Program-made: the position numbers and the translations under genes
NCBI GenBank assembly: GCA_021613535.1
Contig: CP075496.1
Coordinates: 8,990,001-9,054,000, forward strand
DNA: 64,000 bases
Reading direction: 5' to 3'
Origin: Adineta vaga
Lineage: Eukaryota; Animalia; Rotifera
In this document: positions 12,780 through 25,484 of the stretch, in pieces
Position numbering within the stretch: position 1 is the first letter of the stretch
How the letters are laid out: every line of letters starts with the position of its first letter
Notes under the pieces: generated by a model
What the model was told of the DNA's origin: nothing
The model's database searches: none
What the model saw: only the letters and a program-made list of their open reading frames with translations

Positions 12780-13115
12780 TCAAGTTCTTTGATGTTTACT
12801 GAACATACTTGGCTGAATAGTTTTCGTCAAAGTGTTAATAATTAAGCCATGTAGTCATTGAACCACTCATATCAATATAAATAACTAGATTGAATGGATT
12901 CTTTGGACTTGCCATGTAATAGGATGAATAAAACAATTGATTATATTTCTTATCATGTTATTGATTAACCACATCAGAAGGTAATCATTAAATATGCCTT
13001 CACATGAGAGATCTGTTGGTATTGGTAGATAATTATCTTCTATAGTTTTTGAAAAATGATGTATTTCTTTAGCAACATCAATAGCGAATCCTAAACTCGA
13101 AGGTGTACCACGTAA
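12780..13115 (-). pseudogene. von Willebrand factor A domain protein remnant (prokaryote-like family)
   Basis: LGFAIDVAKEIHHFSKTIEDNYLPIPTDLSCEGIFNDY, then a frameshift and in-frame TAA, then QLFYSSYYMASPKNPFNLVIYIDMSGSM (MIDAS DxSxS). Confidence 0.65.
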
Positions 13116-14089
13116 ACATATGTAATAATAATAATAATAATAATGAATCATCGAGTAAAGGAAGATTTCGTTTATACTAATAAAAAATCAGAGGAACGGG
13201 TAATTCATTTTCAAGTGGTTTACCATTAAAAATAAGTCTTTGTTGAACAAATGGAATGCCTTATAAAGTCTTACCAGTCAATACTTCTATAAAGAATGAC
13301 ATCATTTTGATGTTATATATATATATGTAACTTGTAGTAGATCGAAGTGTGTACTCGATATACCATTGATGAATGTATGACAATTTTGAAAATAGTTATG
13401 ATGCTGTCTGCGATGAGTCAGGATATGTGTAGCACAAGACAAACATTATTAACATGAGTATTGCATATATATTATGAAACATCTAAAGAAGCTATAGCAT
13501 TCAAGAGAGTAGAATTTGTATCTACGTATATGATTATAAATCAAAGTCGTTGTTTTTCATAACGCTTGCAAATCTATACCCAGTATGTTTAAACTAAAAA
13601 CGCTTGATTAACTATTTAAAACGTATGCGAGTTATGATAGTATTAGTATAGAGCTACCTGTTGACAAATGTTTTTGGGTCATTTCTTTGTTGCAAAAAAG
13701 CAAAGGAAAAACGGAAGTGTATAAATAACAAACAAGTTTAAACGATAGTTGCTTTCATATTACTCATAACTTTTCATTTTGCATATGTTTATGAATTATT
13801 AGTCCACAGTTAACAGCGCACAGTTATCTTGTTTTCAATTTCATTTCTTTTTGCATTAGTAATATTTACCAATCTTTTTATTTTTGGAAAATTTTCGATT
13901 ACTTAAATAATTTCCAACAAAACTATCGTAATATAAAGAATATGACGTCAGCAACGAGAAAAATAATCACAGGTGAGTAAGAAATAGACATTCGTCTCTT
14001 CCGAATACATAAAATGGAAAAAATTTTTGTTTGGTCTATCATTTTGTATAGTTTAACGTGAGAGGATATTTCATACAGAAATTAAAAAT

Positions 14090-15279
14090 ATGACGAGTGA
14101 TAGTATCGATGGAGAGCGTATTATTAATAATGAACATGTTCCTGATGAATATTTTTGTCACATATGTAAACATCTTCTATGGAAACCAATATCATGTTCG
14201 TCGTGTCAACATTTATTTTGTGAGAAATGTCTTCGTACATGGTTACAAAATACAAATAATGCAAATAAATGTCCATTTCGATGTCAACCATTTGAAGAAC
14301 GTCGATGTCCACCCTATGTTCACTCAATATTAAGTAAATTAACGATTCGTTGTAGAAATAGTTCATTTGGTAGTACTACTATTCTTCCTTATGATGCATA
14401 TTGGAACAACATGAAACGATGAAATGTATCTATCTATCGCAACAATGTTCAGAATGTAATCAACTCGTCCCTGTATCAAAATTCGCTGAACATCAACAAT
14501 CTGCTGAACTTTGCATTCTACAACCAATTCGATGTACTATCTGTCAGAATTACTTTTCAAAACCTGTATTTCAAGCACATTTTCATCAATGTAGTGAAGA
14601 ATTAATCAACGCTTTTCTTGAGAGAACACGTCAACATCAAATTTTACAAATGATGATAAACGGACAAGAAGCTTCAAATAATCAGGGAGCAACCAAAGGA
14701 GTTGATTCAGTAAGAAGAGTCGAACAGCAAGGTTATGGTCGTTTATGCCATGTATTAGTAATGTTAAAATTTACTATGATGAACTGGTCAAAAGCACCGT
14801 TTGTTATTTTGACAACTTCGGCTGCTGGGTTTGTGGCTTGCCTGCTCTTTGTTTTTGGTATATTTCTCATTCTATAACATTGGTGTTATACAAATATAAT
14901 ACGTGGATTTATTGTTCTAGAGTTGTTAAGTTATCTTGTAAGTTACACAACTCTTTTATCAATTGAATACATGTCTGATACTAATTTAATTGGTTGTTTT
15001 GCACTTCTAATGTTAGTATTTGGTTGTTCGTGTCAAGCAGAATTTGAATTACTTGAAGCGAATTATTTCATTAATAAACAAATTCTTTGTACGATTATTT
15101 GTGGTGTTTCAATTTTATCTATTAAAATCGTATTATTATCAATTAGATTTTATTATTGGTCCTTATCAATATATCTGGCACAATTTACTTTTACTTTTAT
15201 TGTTTTCAATCTGGCATATAAAGCTCATAATACTTATGCAGCTTCGATTGCATTATCAGCAGCAATACCACCACCTTGA
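14090..15279 (+). pseudogene. RING finger + TRAF-type zinc finger protein with C-terminal multi-TM region; disrupted
   Basis: C3HC4 RING (CHICKHLLWKPISCSSCQHLFCEKC...CP). Two extra nt at ~14399 shift YDA/LEQHE. In-frame TAA at 14875-14877, after which the same frame continues into the 14923-15279 ORF. Confidence 0.75.
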
Positions 15280-16779
15280 CCACTAACAGGAACAAATCAA
15301 TTAACAGTGCCTGTTTAACATGCTGTTTGTAAAGGATAATATATCTATATCATATACATTATTGACTATAAATTATACGATATGTTCCTCGGTTCTATTA
15401 ATAAATAATTAATACTTTGGAAAAGGTTCATTTGATATTTTTGAAAAACAATGAAGATTGAACATGATCAAAAGATATCCTTTTCTATTCTACATTATTG
15501 ATGAGTCTAGCATTCAAAGTCAGGCGTATACATGATATTAAAAGAAAGAAGAATTTTAACTAGTTTAAAAAGATAAGTTTTCGTTTCTTTGTACTATTGA
15601 AATTAATTTTTCAAACTATTTCAGTAATGATGCATTGACATTATGAAATCGTAGGTCTATGAAATGACTATGAGTTTCGAATGAGTCAGAAGTCCATAGA
15701 TCCGTTTGTATTTACGTTGTAGATAGCAGCTTAATAGAGACTATACGTACTTTCAGTTCTTTATACAGTATTGGTGTTGAGCAAATACGTCGTATTTTTA
15801 TTGAAATAGAACATATAAAGAGTTTCTGAGGAGTAATGATTGGTTGCTTTGGATATTTTTCGCAGCAAAGAAAGTAGAAAGTATTTGTAGTTATTTTTCT
15901 TTTTGAATAATTCGCTATGATTGCGTCGATTATTCTCATACCATGAATAACATGCACATGAGAATACTGAATCTTATTCAGAAAGTCACATGTATCAATA
16001 GAGCCCGATTCACTCAAGTAGAACGATGTGAATATTCTCTTGATTATTTTCTACGAAAGACATAAAAGTGAGTGCTTCATAGTATGATACACAATATCAT
16101 TCGCAAGGCTTAGTAAGTAAAAACAATTATGATTTTCAATTTTCTATCGAAATATTACTAGTATTAAGAATAAGAAACATACTACATCAGTTTACAATAA
16201 AAAGTGAAGAGAGTACCTTAAATAATCGGTAGAATGAATTCAATTATCACAAAAAAAATTATGGATTTTAGATTAAACTAATATTTGATCAGTGTAATCT
16301 TCACTACGATTGATCACCATTGATATATTGTTAACTTCAGATTTCGTATGTTTCAAAGACTTTGTTTACAACTTAAACCATTAAATACCGACTTTGTAAA
16401 AATTGTTTAGGAGCGAAATAGGTATGATCCGATAACTAAAAAAGTCTAATACAAACCGGTGGAGAATGGTCAGCTCAATTCCAAGTTTACCTGTAAGTTT
16501 TAGAACCAATTACACTATCAATGTTGCCAATCAGATAAATTCATATATAAAATAAATAATAATTCGACTTGTATAACGGAGTCTAGTAGTCATGAAAATA
16601 AAGCATAACAGTTAAAACGATGACGAAAAAGATAGTTTGTGTAAGAATGCGAAAAATGAGAATTCTGTCACTGGAAGATAATATCTCCGAACAAAATGAA
16701 ATAAATCTATGAAAGAGAGAAATATCAATTAAAATCAACTATAGCTATATCTTTGTTTTTTAGAAAATAGACGTTACTA

Positions 16780-17676
16780 ATGAATTCTCTACTTGTATCA
16801 CCGCTGGATACGAAACCACTTGAGCACCAAATTGCTGGACATCTTAAATCTAAGACAAACCATGGCTTTCTACAACGTTGTTCCATTGGAGATGTTCTTA
16901 AACCATTAATCGATAATCGACGTGGTCCACGTGAACGACAATTCTACAGTGATGTTTTCTCTGATGAAGCATCAGAAAATTTGCGCGCTCTTCGACCATT
17001 TATGTGCACTGTTTTAGGTACTTATGAATACGAAAGCATGCACTATTTAGTATAGGAAAATATCCTTTTACCGTTTGTTTATCCATGTGTTGCTGATATT
17101 AAAATTGGTCGAACAACTTATGATCTTGAAGCAAGTGCAGAGAAAATTGAAGAATCTAAAAAAAAATTTCCAGCAGCGATCGACATTGGTTTCCAACTAT
17201 TAGGCTGGCAAGTTTATTGTTCAGTGGATAAGTTATACAAATCTCACGATAAAGTGTTTGGTCGATCATTGACAAAACAGGAAATTATTTATGCCATTGC
17301 TAATTTTTACGGGGCACCACATTCAGATTATCGTCGTGTCGTACGGCTAGTACTCGAACGTCTAATCTCAACGGAACATGTGATGTCAAAACAGTATGGT
17401 CGACTATTTATTGCAACATCTCTTTTAATTGTTTATGAAGGTGCACGTGCAAACGGAAACAATCAACATGATCATCATCATCATCATCAAACTAAAGTTG
17501 ATGTTCGCCTTGTGGATTTTGCCCATGTTTTCAAAGTTCAGGATGGTCCAGAAGCTAATTTATCGGATGAAAATTTTCTTTTTCGTCTGCGTAGCTACAT
17601 AAGTTATCTTCAACAAATACTTGATGATACATATATTTATCAACCTATTGACAAATTAAAGCATACTATAGACTAA
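16780..17676 (+). pseudogene. IPMK: Inositol polyphosphate multikinase (IPK family) with one in-frame stop
   Basis: HQIAGH, VLKP, ERQFY, YLV*EN (TAG at 17053-17055), PCVADIKIG (PxxxDxKxG), SLLIVYEG, LVDFAH. Both track ORFs are in the same frame; no intron. Confidence 0.8.
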
Positions 17677-18415
17677 AGACAAGGAATTTACCACACATTG
17701 TTTTTTCTCTCATCGTGTTACTCTTCGTTCATCATCTGGAGTTATCTGACGCATAATTATAATTCAGATTATACTTTCTTTTAGATTTAGTAATGAAACA
17801 GCTTTTAATAATGGGAAAATGTGGTCAAGTTTTTCACTTTTAACGCATGTTCCAATGCGAGAAATTATTGCAGTACTTTACATTATGTTACGCGTATTCA
17901 TCATATGTACTTTGCTGATGTGTGTGCTGAAACAGAACGATCTATTGGATTATAGCTTCCTTTCGATATCTGCAACGTCTTTCGTTGTCATTCATCAGTA
18001 ATAAGAAGTTGGTGCACTTTAAAGAAGTATCTCTCATGGTTCAGAAGCTCATTCAGCATTTATCATGTGGACAAATCTGAAAATCATCATGAAGCTATAC
18101 AATGTAATGTTGACAATGAAAATGTATCAAATGGTGTTACATTTTGTAATAAAACTAATTGACAGATTTTTTTAGTAGTAAGAAATTTTTTTGTTATATT
18201 TTCATCTTTTTATATATCAGTAGTACTGGTCAAGTTTCTATCAATCCGAACTTCTTTGTGATGCGATACAGAATTTCAATATGGAAAATCTTCGAACTCT
18301 ACATTCATATTTGCAGGTGTAGAAACTATTTCACACGAATCACTATGATCATGAACTCCTTCTTTTTTCGTACCATTGATTCTATTTCATAATATAGATG
18401 CATTACAAAATACTT

Positions 18416-20158
18416 TTATAAACTATTTTTATCTGCTTTGATACCATACTTTTTTCTTAATTCATGTAATAATGGACGATTAAATGGACAACTTATATTA
18501 CGACCATTATCATTGTAACCTCCATCTTTCCATTGATGATCTTCGTGAACAAAATCTTCAACCCATAATTCTAAACACATGTATTCTCGATCCGATGTTC
18601 TTGTTGTTACTAATTCACAAAACTTCTGATCTCTTTCACACATTTCAACAAATAATTGTCCGTCGGGTGCTAAATTCTCTCGAGAATTCACCGGCAATTT
18701 GAAGCCTTGTAAAATAAGCTCACCAGCTTGTCGAATCAATTTTACTACTACATCTTTGTCTATACCTTTTGGTCGTTCATTAATCGGATAATAGAGACCT
18801 TTAATGTACGGTGCACCACTGGTCATATGTTGTTCAAGAAATGAAGTATATGCTCGAGAAGTATTTTCTGCTGTCGATGGTCGTATACCTCCAAGATTAA
18901 TCGATACAGATCCATCAGATAAAAATGTTTGATACATTTGACCTGTACCAGGACCGGTGATATGAATATCCATTTTACTAATAAGCTTTAATTGAGCAAT
19001 GAAATCATTATCTGACATTTCGTATGTTGGTGAACGAGCATCAAATGGAGTGATATTGACTTTAAATGTATTCATATTTTCTGCTTTAATCTTTGGATAA
19101 TAAATATATGTAACATTAATCAATGGCCAATTTAACTTATTCGTTGTATTTCTAAATGAAAACGTATAATTATTGATTTCTTGGATGCCATCATTGATTG
19201 CTTTGCGATCACTTTGTGTAAAACGTTTGTTGTCAACAACATAAGCTTGAAGAATATCAGTCACTGTTCGATACTCTAATGACGATCTACGACGACGAAT
19301 CAAAGGAACAAATCCATGTTGTTGATACATTCGATCACGAAATAATCTCGATCCATCTAATTCGACACCACCGGCTAGTTCGAGATTCGGTCGTGTACAA
19401 CGTTGACACATAGTTCCACTGCCCATTATAATTTCATCAAATACATACCATCGATCTTTGGATAATTCATTGAGAATTCTCTGTTTGATAATACCGAGAC
19501 CAGCAAAACGACTATAAACATCTTCGCTCCAACAATCATCGCACTTATCGATGTCTGCTAAGATACGGAATGGATGAAGATGTCGAGGAGGAAAACGAAT
19601 CATTGCAACATATGCTGGATAGAGTCCATCGAAAAGTGCATGTCCAATATTAAAGTGCCATGGTTGTCCGAAATGAAGTGTAACGTGTGGAAAGCGTTTG
19701 GGATGAATAACATGCTGAACAAATCGTTCGAGATCAGTGTATGTATTGAATTCTCGTTTTTTTGGCGTCCAGTTCCAGTGAACGAAAGCATTTGTTCGTA
19801 CAGAATGTACTGGTAACGATCTACCTTTTACGATTAACATTATAAATGTACTATTCACATAATAGAGATTGTAAAATAGGCATGATTGATTGTAGATTGA
19901 TCCAACACATCGAACTGTTGATTCTAATGTTTGATTGACATAAGTAGATGATAGATATGGTGTGTTCATTATTTTTTCGATTATTGATTCTTCCGATAAT
20001 ATTCGACTTTGCTTTGTCAAGGTCAGCAGAATATTTGGATAGATACTGTTTGTGTTGAATGCAGTAGTTTGAAATATCATGATGAGAAGAATGATAAATA
20101 TGATAAATAGAAATAAGCGAAATAACACATTCTTGGCGAGGTTTCTTAATATTTCCAT
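18416..20158 (-). CDS. Glycosyltransferase family 61-like type II membrane protein, intronless
   Basis: 580 aa; N-terminal TM; SCLFYNLYY; HFNIGHALFDGLYP (N-x-x-H...D-x-x-x-P); QLKLISKMDIHITGPGTG (variant of the GT61 HGAG loop). Confidence 0.7.
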   Translation of the reverse strand: MEILRNLAKNVLFRLFLFIIFIILLIMIFQTTAFNTNSIYPNILLTLTKQSRILSEESIIEKIMNTPYLSSTYVNQTLESTVRCVGSIYNQSCLFYNLYYVNSTFIMLIVKGRSLPVHSVRTNAFVHWNWTPKKREFNTYTDLERFVQHVIHPKRFPHVTLHFGQPWHFNIGHALFDGLYPAYVAMIRFPPRHLHPFRILADIDKCDDCWSEDVYSRFAGLGIIKQRILNELSKDRWYVFDEIIMGSGTMCQRCTRPNLELAGGVELDGSRLFRDRMYQQHGFVPLIRRRRSSLEYRTVTDILQAYVVDNKRFTQSDRKAINDGIQEINNYTFSFRNTTNKLNWPLINVTYIYYPKIKAENMNTFKVNITPFDARSPTYEMSDNDFIAQLKLISKMDIHITGPGTGQMYQTFLSDGSVSINLGGIRPSTAENTSRAYTSFLEQHMTSGAPYIKGLYYPINERPKGIDKDVVVKLIRQAGELILQGFKLPVNSRENLAPDGQLFVEMCERDQKFCELVTTRTSDREYMCLELWVEDFVHEDHQWKDGGYNDNGRNISCPFNRPLLHELRKKYGIKADKNSL

Positions 20159-22865
20159 GGACTTTTTGATACTATGAATTTAAAGTGTATTGATATTATT
20201 TCGACGCAGAAATATCGAGCGAAATCATCAAAATATTCTGTAGATTATTTTAATTTTATCTTACTATTATCGTGATAGTAAATCTACAATATGCTACAAT
20301 TGGACTCTGATACCTTTGCTTGCCAAGTCTAAGAAATCGTTTACTTTACCTTCTCAATTTAGTTCATCATATTATATATTCGAGACAAAAAACAATATTG
20401 GTAACGATATTCTACTAAAACTTTTTCATTCCTTGTTTTCTTTAGTGTTAAACACGTGTAGTTACTTTAATTTCTATTTCATGCTGAAGTAATGAAAGAG
20501 TGCGTTGATCTCTGCAGCGAAAATTGATGTTATTTGAATGAATTTTATGAAAATATCAGTAAATTATTGATGATTCACTGTAAAGAAAAAGCTTGCCAAC
20601 GCAGCCCCATTGGGGCTTAAATGTGGGACTCACATTCCTTATTTTTTTGATGGTTCTTAAAGTCGAACGTGTTTTGTTGTTAAGAGAAAATCTGCAAAGG
20701 ACACGGATCTTTAAGGCCGTAAATCGGCTTATTCTCTTTTTGTCGGTAGAAACTTTTGATTTGGAGAACACTCTACAATGCTTTCCATCGTTTTCCAGTT
20801 CTATTTTAGTGGAAAAAATGTCCCTATTATATATAGCGTTTTCGCGCAATTTTCATGATTTCTCATATTCAATACTCGACTTGTGCATGCATATCTTAAA
20901 AAAATATCACTTATACTTTAACAAAAAATTCAAAGACTAATACCACTGTACACAATAAATAAGATTCTTGAGATTTTAAAGTACTATAACTGAGTAACAG
21001 AGGTAGTTTCTCGAATTATCAAGTCTTTCTAGTCCATGATATGATACTTGATAATTTAGTCTATGTACACTATCTTGTAAAAAATAAAAAATCTGTTTCC
21101 GATGTTTTAATCAAAGATAGTGAACAGATAGACCTTCAAAACGCTGCTAAATAGTAGGGTCTCCTACACTGGCTACTTGAAATATAGTCCATCATACGTA
21201 CTATTATTCATGCCATATTGCATACGTTTCTTACCGCAGTACTTGACAGATTTTGACCTAATGTACCAGATAAGTACAATAAAATAAAGGCATATATGAA
21301 CGATACCCGGTTTGTAATGGTCACGTATCTGTAGTGGTGAAATGTCTCTAATGCTACTTCGTCTGAGAGGAGGATAATCAACAGTAGAATCGTTTTTGAT
21401 GTTTCAATAAATGAAAAAAGAGTCTATGAATTTGTAACGTTTAATAGACCTTTTTTCGTTTATGAGGCAATTCAAAAACGGAAAAAAGAGTTTATTATAC
21501 ATTGCATATTCATAAACCTCTTTTTTACCAGCGTTACTTAGGATTTATTAGTGATTATAAAACGAGAAAAGATATAAAAAAATCACTGATACATCAAGAT
21601 GATTTTTTTTCACGTTTAATCGTTTATAGCCTAGAATTAACTATAGGAGATCATATATGTACTACAATGTGTATGTTGACGACTTCTAGACGATAGTTTC
21701 ATACATTTTACCATTGAAATAGAATCATTTTCTTCTTTTCATCTTTCAGAAAAGAGAAAACACACGTGCGCAGGTAATATCAAATCATCTCTGAAGTGAA
21801 TTATTCTTGAGTTTTTCCTTGAAGAAAAAAAATCAATCTTTACTAACGCTGACTTCAATTTATTTTGTTATTCAAATAATTATCTTTTTTTCATAAGCTT
21901 TTTTCCGGCAAAAAGTCAAAATACTATACTTTAATGAAGTTCATTGTTGCTCTTTTGCACTGTGATGTGAGATTTCCTATTTCTGATTACATAAAAATTC
22001 ATTTATATGTGTATATGCTTATCATCAATTCAATAAAACGTGGAACAGTTGTATATATATATATATGAAATCTGACTTAGACAGACATATTACATATTCA
22101 CAACATTGAGAGTAACATGAAAATAAATAAATCGTGAATAGAATAATATAAATACAAATGGAAAAATTGATTGAATATATAATTTTAATCAAAAAAGATG
22201 TTTTTGATATAAGAAAAGTTATTAATAGAAGTAGATGTACAAAATATTCTATTAATACTTTCTACTGCTACCATTATATGTAAAATTCTGTTTTTATCTA
22301 CTGAATTTTATAAAGTTTCATTTTTCACTTTATTTCAGTATCTGTCATAAACTATTTTCATTCAATGATCGTGTAGTGTTAAAAACTTTTGCGATGTATT
22401 CGTTAACTCTTGAGAATGTTTATGTTATCATTAGATTTAGTGATAAAAACGCTTTGTTGAGAATCGTAGTTTACGATAGGCATAGATTTATCGTTTCTAA
22501 ACATTTTACCATGATTAATATAGTTTTTATCGATAAAAACTTTTTTTTTCTGTTCTGTACACTTAATAGGCAACTACGAAGAAATTATGTGATTAAAGCT
22601 GAGTTATACACAAATATGTTTAGTTGAATAAGTGATGAATAACAATGTGACAGGTGAATTATGATCCATTAGTTTTGAAAAGCAAACGACATGTGAGAAT
22701 ATTCTTTTGCGTTGTAAATATTTATTTGTATTAGCTTATTTACGTTGATTGAGCGAATAGAAACATCGTAAAAAAATAAGAAAAAGATCCTCTGTTAGAT
22801 AGATAAAACTAGACATATCTTAATAACCACATTGTCTTCTTAGTATATAGGAAAAACAGATTTCA

Positions 22866-23462
22866 ATGCAATATCTTTCTCCTCTTCTACGAATTTATAA
22901 TATCAATCTTCAACCAACTAATTCTCAACCGATCGATATTCAATCTGCAAAAACATATCTTTATCCTGGTGCTCATATAGCTACTGCTAATTCACATGAA
23001 CATTTTCATCATGGTATTGTTGTTGATTTAACATCGACAGATATATCGGTTGTTCATTTTTGGGGTGTGAGAAAGCGTGAAGCTCGAATTCAAACAACTA
23101 CACTTCCAATATTCATTGCTGGTGGAATAAAACGAGTTGGTATTAGAAGTCGAAAGTTATATATAGTTCAATATCAGAATGATACACTTGAAAAACAAGA
23201 AGAAACGAAACGACGAGCCAAAAATCTGCTTGATAATCCTGATTGTTATAAATATAATATGTTTCGATTAAATTGTGAAAGTTTTGCTTATTTTTGTCGT
23301 ACAGAAAAATGGGAAAGTGAACAAGTGGTAATAATACGACTGTTTTTATCCAATAAAAAGAAACAAATTTCTAACCAAATCAAACGTACAAAAGATCGAT
23401 GTAAAAGTAGTTATGTTTTAGCGATGAAAATCATACCCATTGGGATTCCTTCATTCATTTGA
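22866..23462 (+). CDS. LRAT/NC-domain protein (permuted NlpC/P60 acyltransferase/phospholipase family)
   Basis: PGAHI, HFHHGI (H-box), VVHF, YNMFRLNCESFAYFCRT (NCE catalytic motif). Confidence 0.85.
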   Translation: MQYLSPLLRIYNINLQPTNSQPIDIQSAKTYLYPGAHIATANSHEHFHHGIVVDLTSTDISVVHFWGVRKREARIQTTTLPIFIAGGIKRVGIRSRKLYIVQYQNDTLEKQEETKRRAKNLLDNPDCYKYNMFRLNCESFAYFCRTEKWESEQVVIIRLFLSNKKKQISNQIKRTKDRCKSSYVLAMKIIPIGIPSFI

Positions 23463-23774
23463 ATATCATACATTATTGAAGTCTTAATTTTATTTTCTCA
23501 ATAAATTTGTGATTTCATGATGTTATATACCTACGTCACTGATTTTTTTTTCTCAAAGACAAACAAGGACTAAAGCTAATTGAATTAGTCAAGTCAGCAG
23601 ACGTTCTAGAAACCATGTATATTCTAGTTTTTATTGAGTTTATCTACGTAGTTTTGTTTTATTTCTTGAGGGCAAGTCTATATCATAAATAGATGTGTGA
23701 AAAAGAAAAAAAGAACAAAACTTTGTTTTTTATCAAACACATAAAAACATTCATTTTCTTTACAAGAGATTAAT

Positions 23775-24839
23775 ATGACATCTTTATTAACAGCTACGAA
23801 CATTCTAAATGGCATTATGGAGTATCTAGGATATGGATCTTATGTTACATATATTGGTGGAATTCTTGGTAATATTTTAAATATTATTGTTTTTACACAA
23901 TTAAAACGTTTTCGAGATAATCGATGGTCGTTCTATTTTATTGCCGAATCAATTGTTGGAATTGTTTTTTTAGTAGCTTCTTTAATTGATTCAGCAACAC
24001 GAATGATCAGTAGAATTGATCTTGGTGTAACATCGATCGTTTGGTGTAGAATAAGATTGATATTATATCAAGGAATAACTCTGACCTTATCTTTTATCGT
24101 ATCTTATGCTGCATGTGATCAATTCTGTTCAACATCCTATCGTTTTGGTATGAGAAATCTATGTACATTGAAACTAGCCCGATCAGTAATATTGATAACT
24201 AGTTGTCTATGGTTTGCTCATAGTATTATATTTAGTTGTTTTCTTAATATTCAACCATCATTCGGATGTATAATTACGAATTCCATCTTATCTCAATATT
24301 CAACGTATTTCTTCTATCCAGTCATATATGGTCCTATACAAATTGTTCTAGCGTTTTCATTTAGTTTATTAGCTTTTCGTAATGTTCGTCGTATTATTCG
24401 TCGACAAATTCCAATTGTTCGCCGTCGACTAGATCAACAAATGACAGCAATGGTTTTAACACGTGTAGGCTTCTTCATTCTATTTATATTACCTTATTCT
24501 ATCTATCGCATTTATACTATCTTATATCCTCCTGTTCGATCTCTTGGCTTACAATTTGCTATTATACAGTTAATTCAACAGTGCTGTAATTTTTTGTTCA
24601 GAATGAACTTTGCAGTACGTATTATTTCATGAATTTGAGTGAATTTAAATATTAGAAAAATTATTTTTTAGGGTACTTTCTACATTTTTATAACAACATC
24701 TTCAAGATATAGAAGTCAAGTGAAGAATATTTTACTTAGAAAGTATTGGAAACGATGGAAACATTGGAATTGCATTCGCCAGAACACAATTAATCCTATC
24801 AATACAGTATCGATATTATCAAATGATGAACTTGATTAA
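23775..24839 (+). CDS. Rhodopsin-like 7TM GPCR, 2 exons
   Basis: GNILNIIVF, WCRIR, CDQF, RRRLDQQMTAMVL. A phase-0 intron after ...MNFA restores GTFYIFITTSSRYRSQV, ending at TAA 24837-24839. Confidence 0.88.
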
Positions 24840-25236
24840 TTTAATTTAGTTTATTCATCTTTTTTGTAAATGTTTCATGTTTGACTCCGTTCTTACTAAA
24901 GATCGAATTTTAAAATGTAATTATCTTATAAAAATGTTCATATCCTCAAGCAGACATTTATCACTTTATGTATATCCTTTATTAAGAAAAAAATGCACTC
25001 AAAGTCTATTTTTTTACTCTCTACACTGTGTTCTTATATTTTAAAGAATTAATTTCAAAGGAAATAATGTTTATTACAAGATGAAAGTGAGCAAGTGTTA
25101 ATCTTATAATTCTAGAAGAAATATATTGGTTAGTAAAAGTCATGTTTGGAAGTTAATTTAGCAAATTGACGAGGTATGTATTATTTTCTTAGAATATCTC
25201 ATGTTAAATAGATGATAATAAATGGTTAATTGAAAT

Positions 25237-25484
25237 TTAAGCAACACTTTGAACTTCTTTTGTTTCGGGATCGACTTGAAGTTGAACCATCTTTGGATTT
25301 TCGCTTCGAATAACACCCATATGATGAAAAACACGTGGTTCCAATCCTGAACAAAAAAATCGATCAATAAGACAAAAAGAAAACAATCAGAAACTTCATC
25401 TATACCATCATCTTTCAGAATTTTCACTGCTTCATCAACATGTTGTCCGACTAAATGTTGATAATTTTCACGATGTGTCGACAT
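25237..25484 (-). CDS. 62-aa protein resembling potato inhibitor I (I13)/I78 serine-protease inhibitors, 2 exons
   Basis: Spliced product MSTHRENYQHLVGQHVDEAVKILKDDGLEPRVFHHMGVIRSENPKMVQLQVDPETKEVQSVA. LVG..V.EA..I and V.L.VD...V patterns; GT-AG intron at ~25405-25347. Confidence 0.55.

Noticed and set aside
13120-13151. Poly-Tyr N-terminus in ORF 12885-13151
   Set aside because: It is the translation of a (TAA)n microsatellite.
15650-16100. Possible degraded coding or retroelement remnant
   Set aside because: No identifiable domain in the frames I read.
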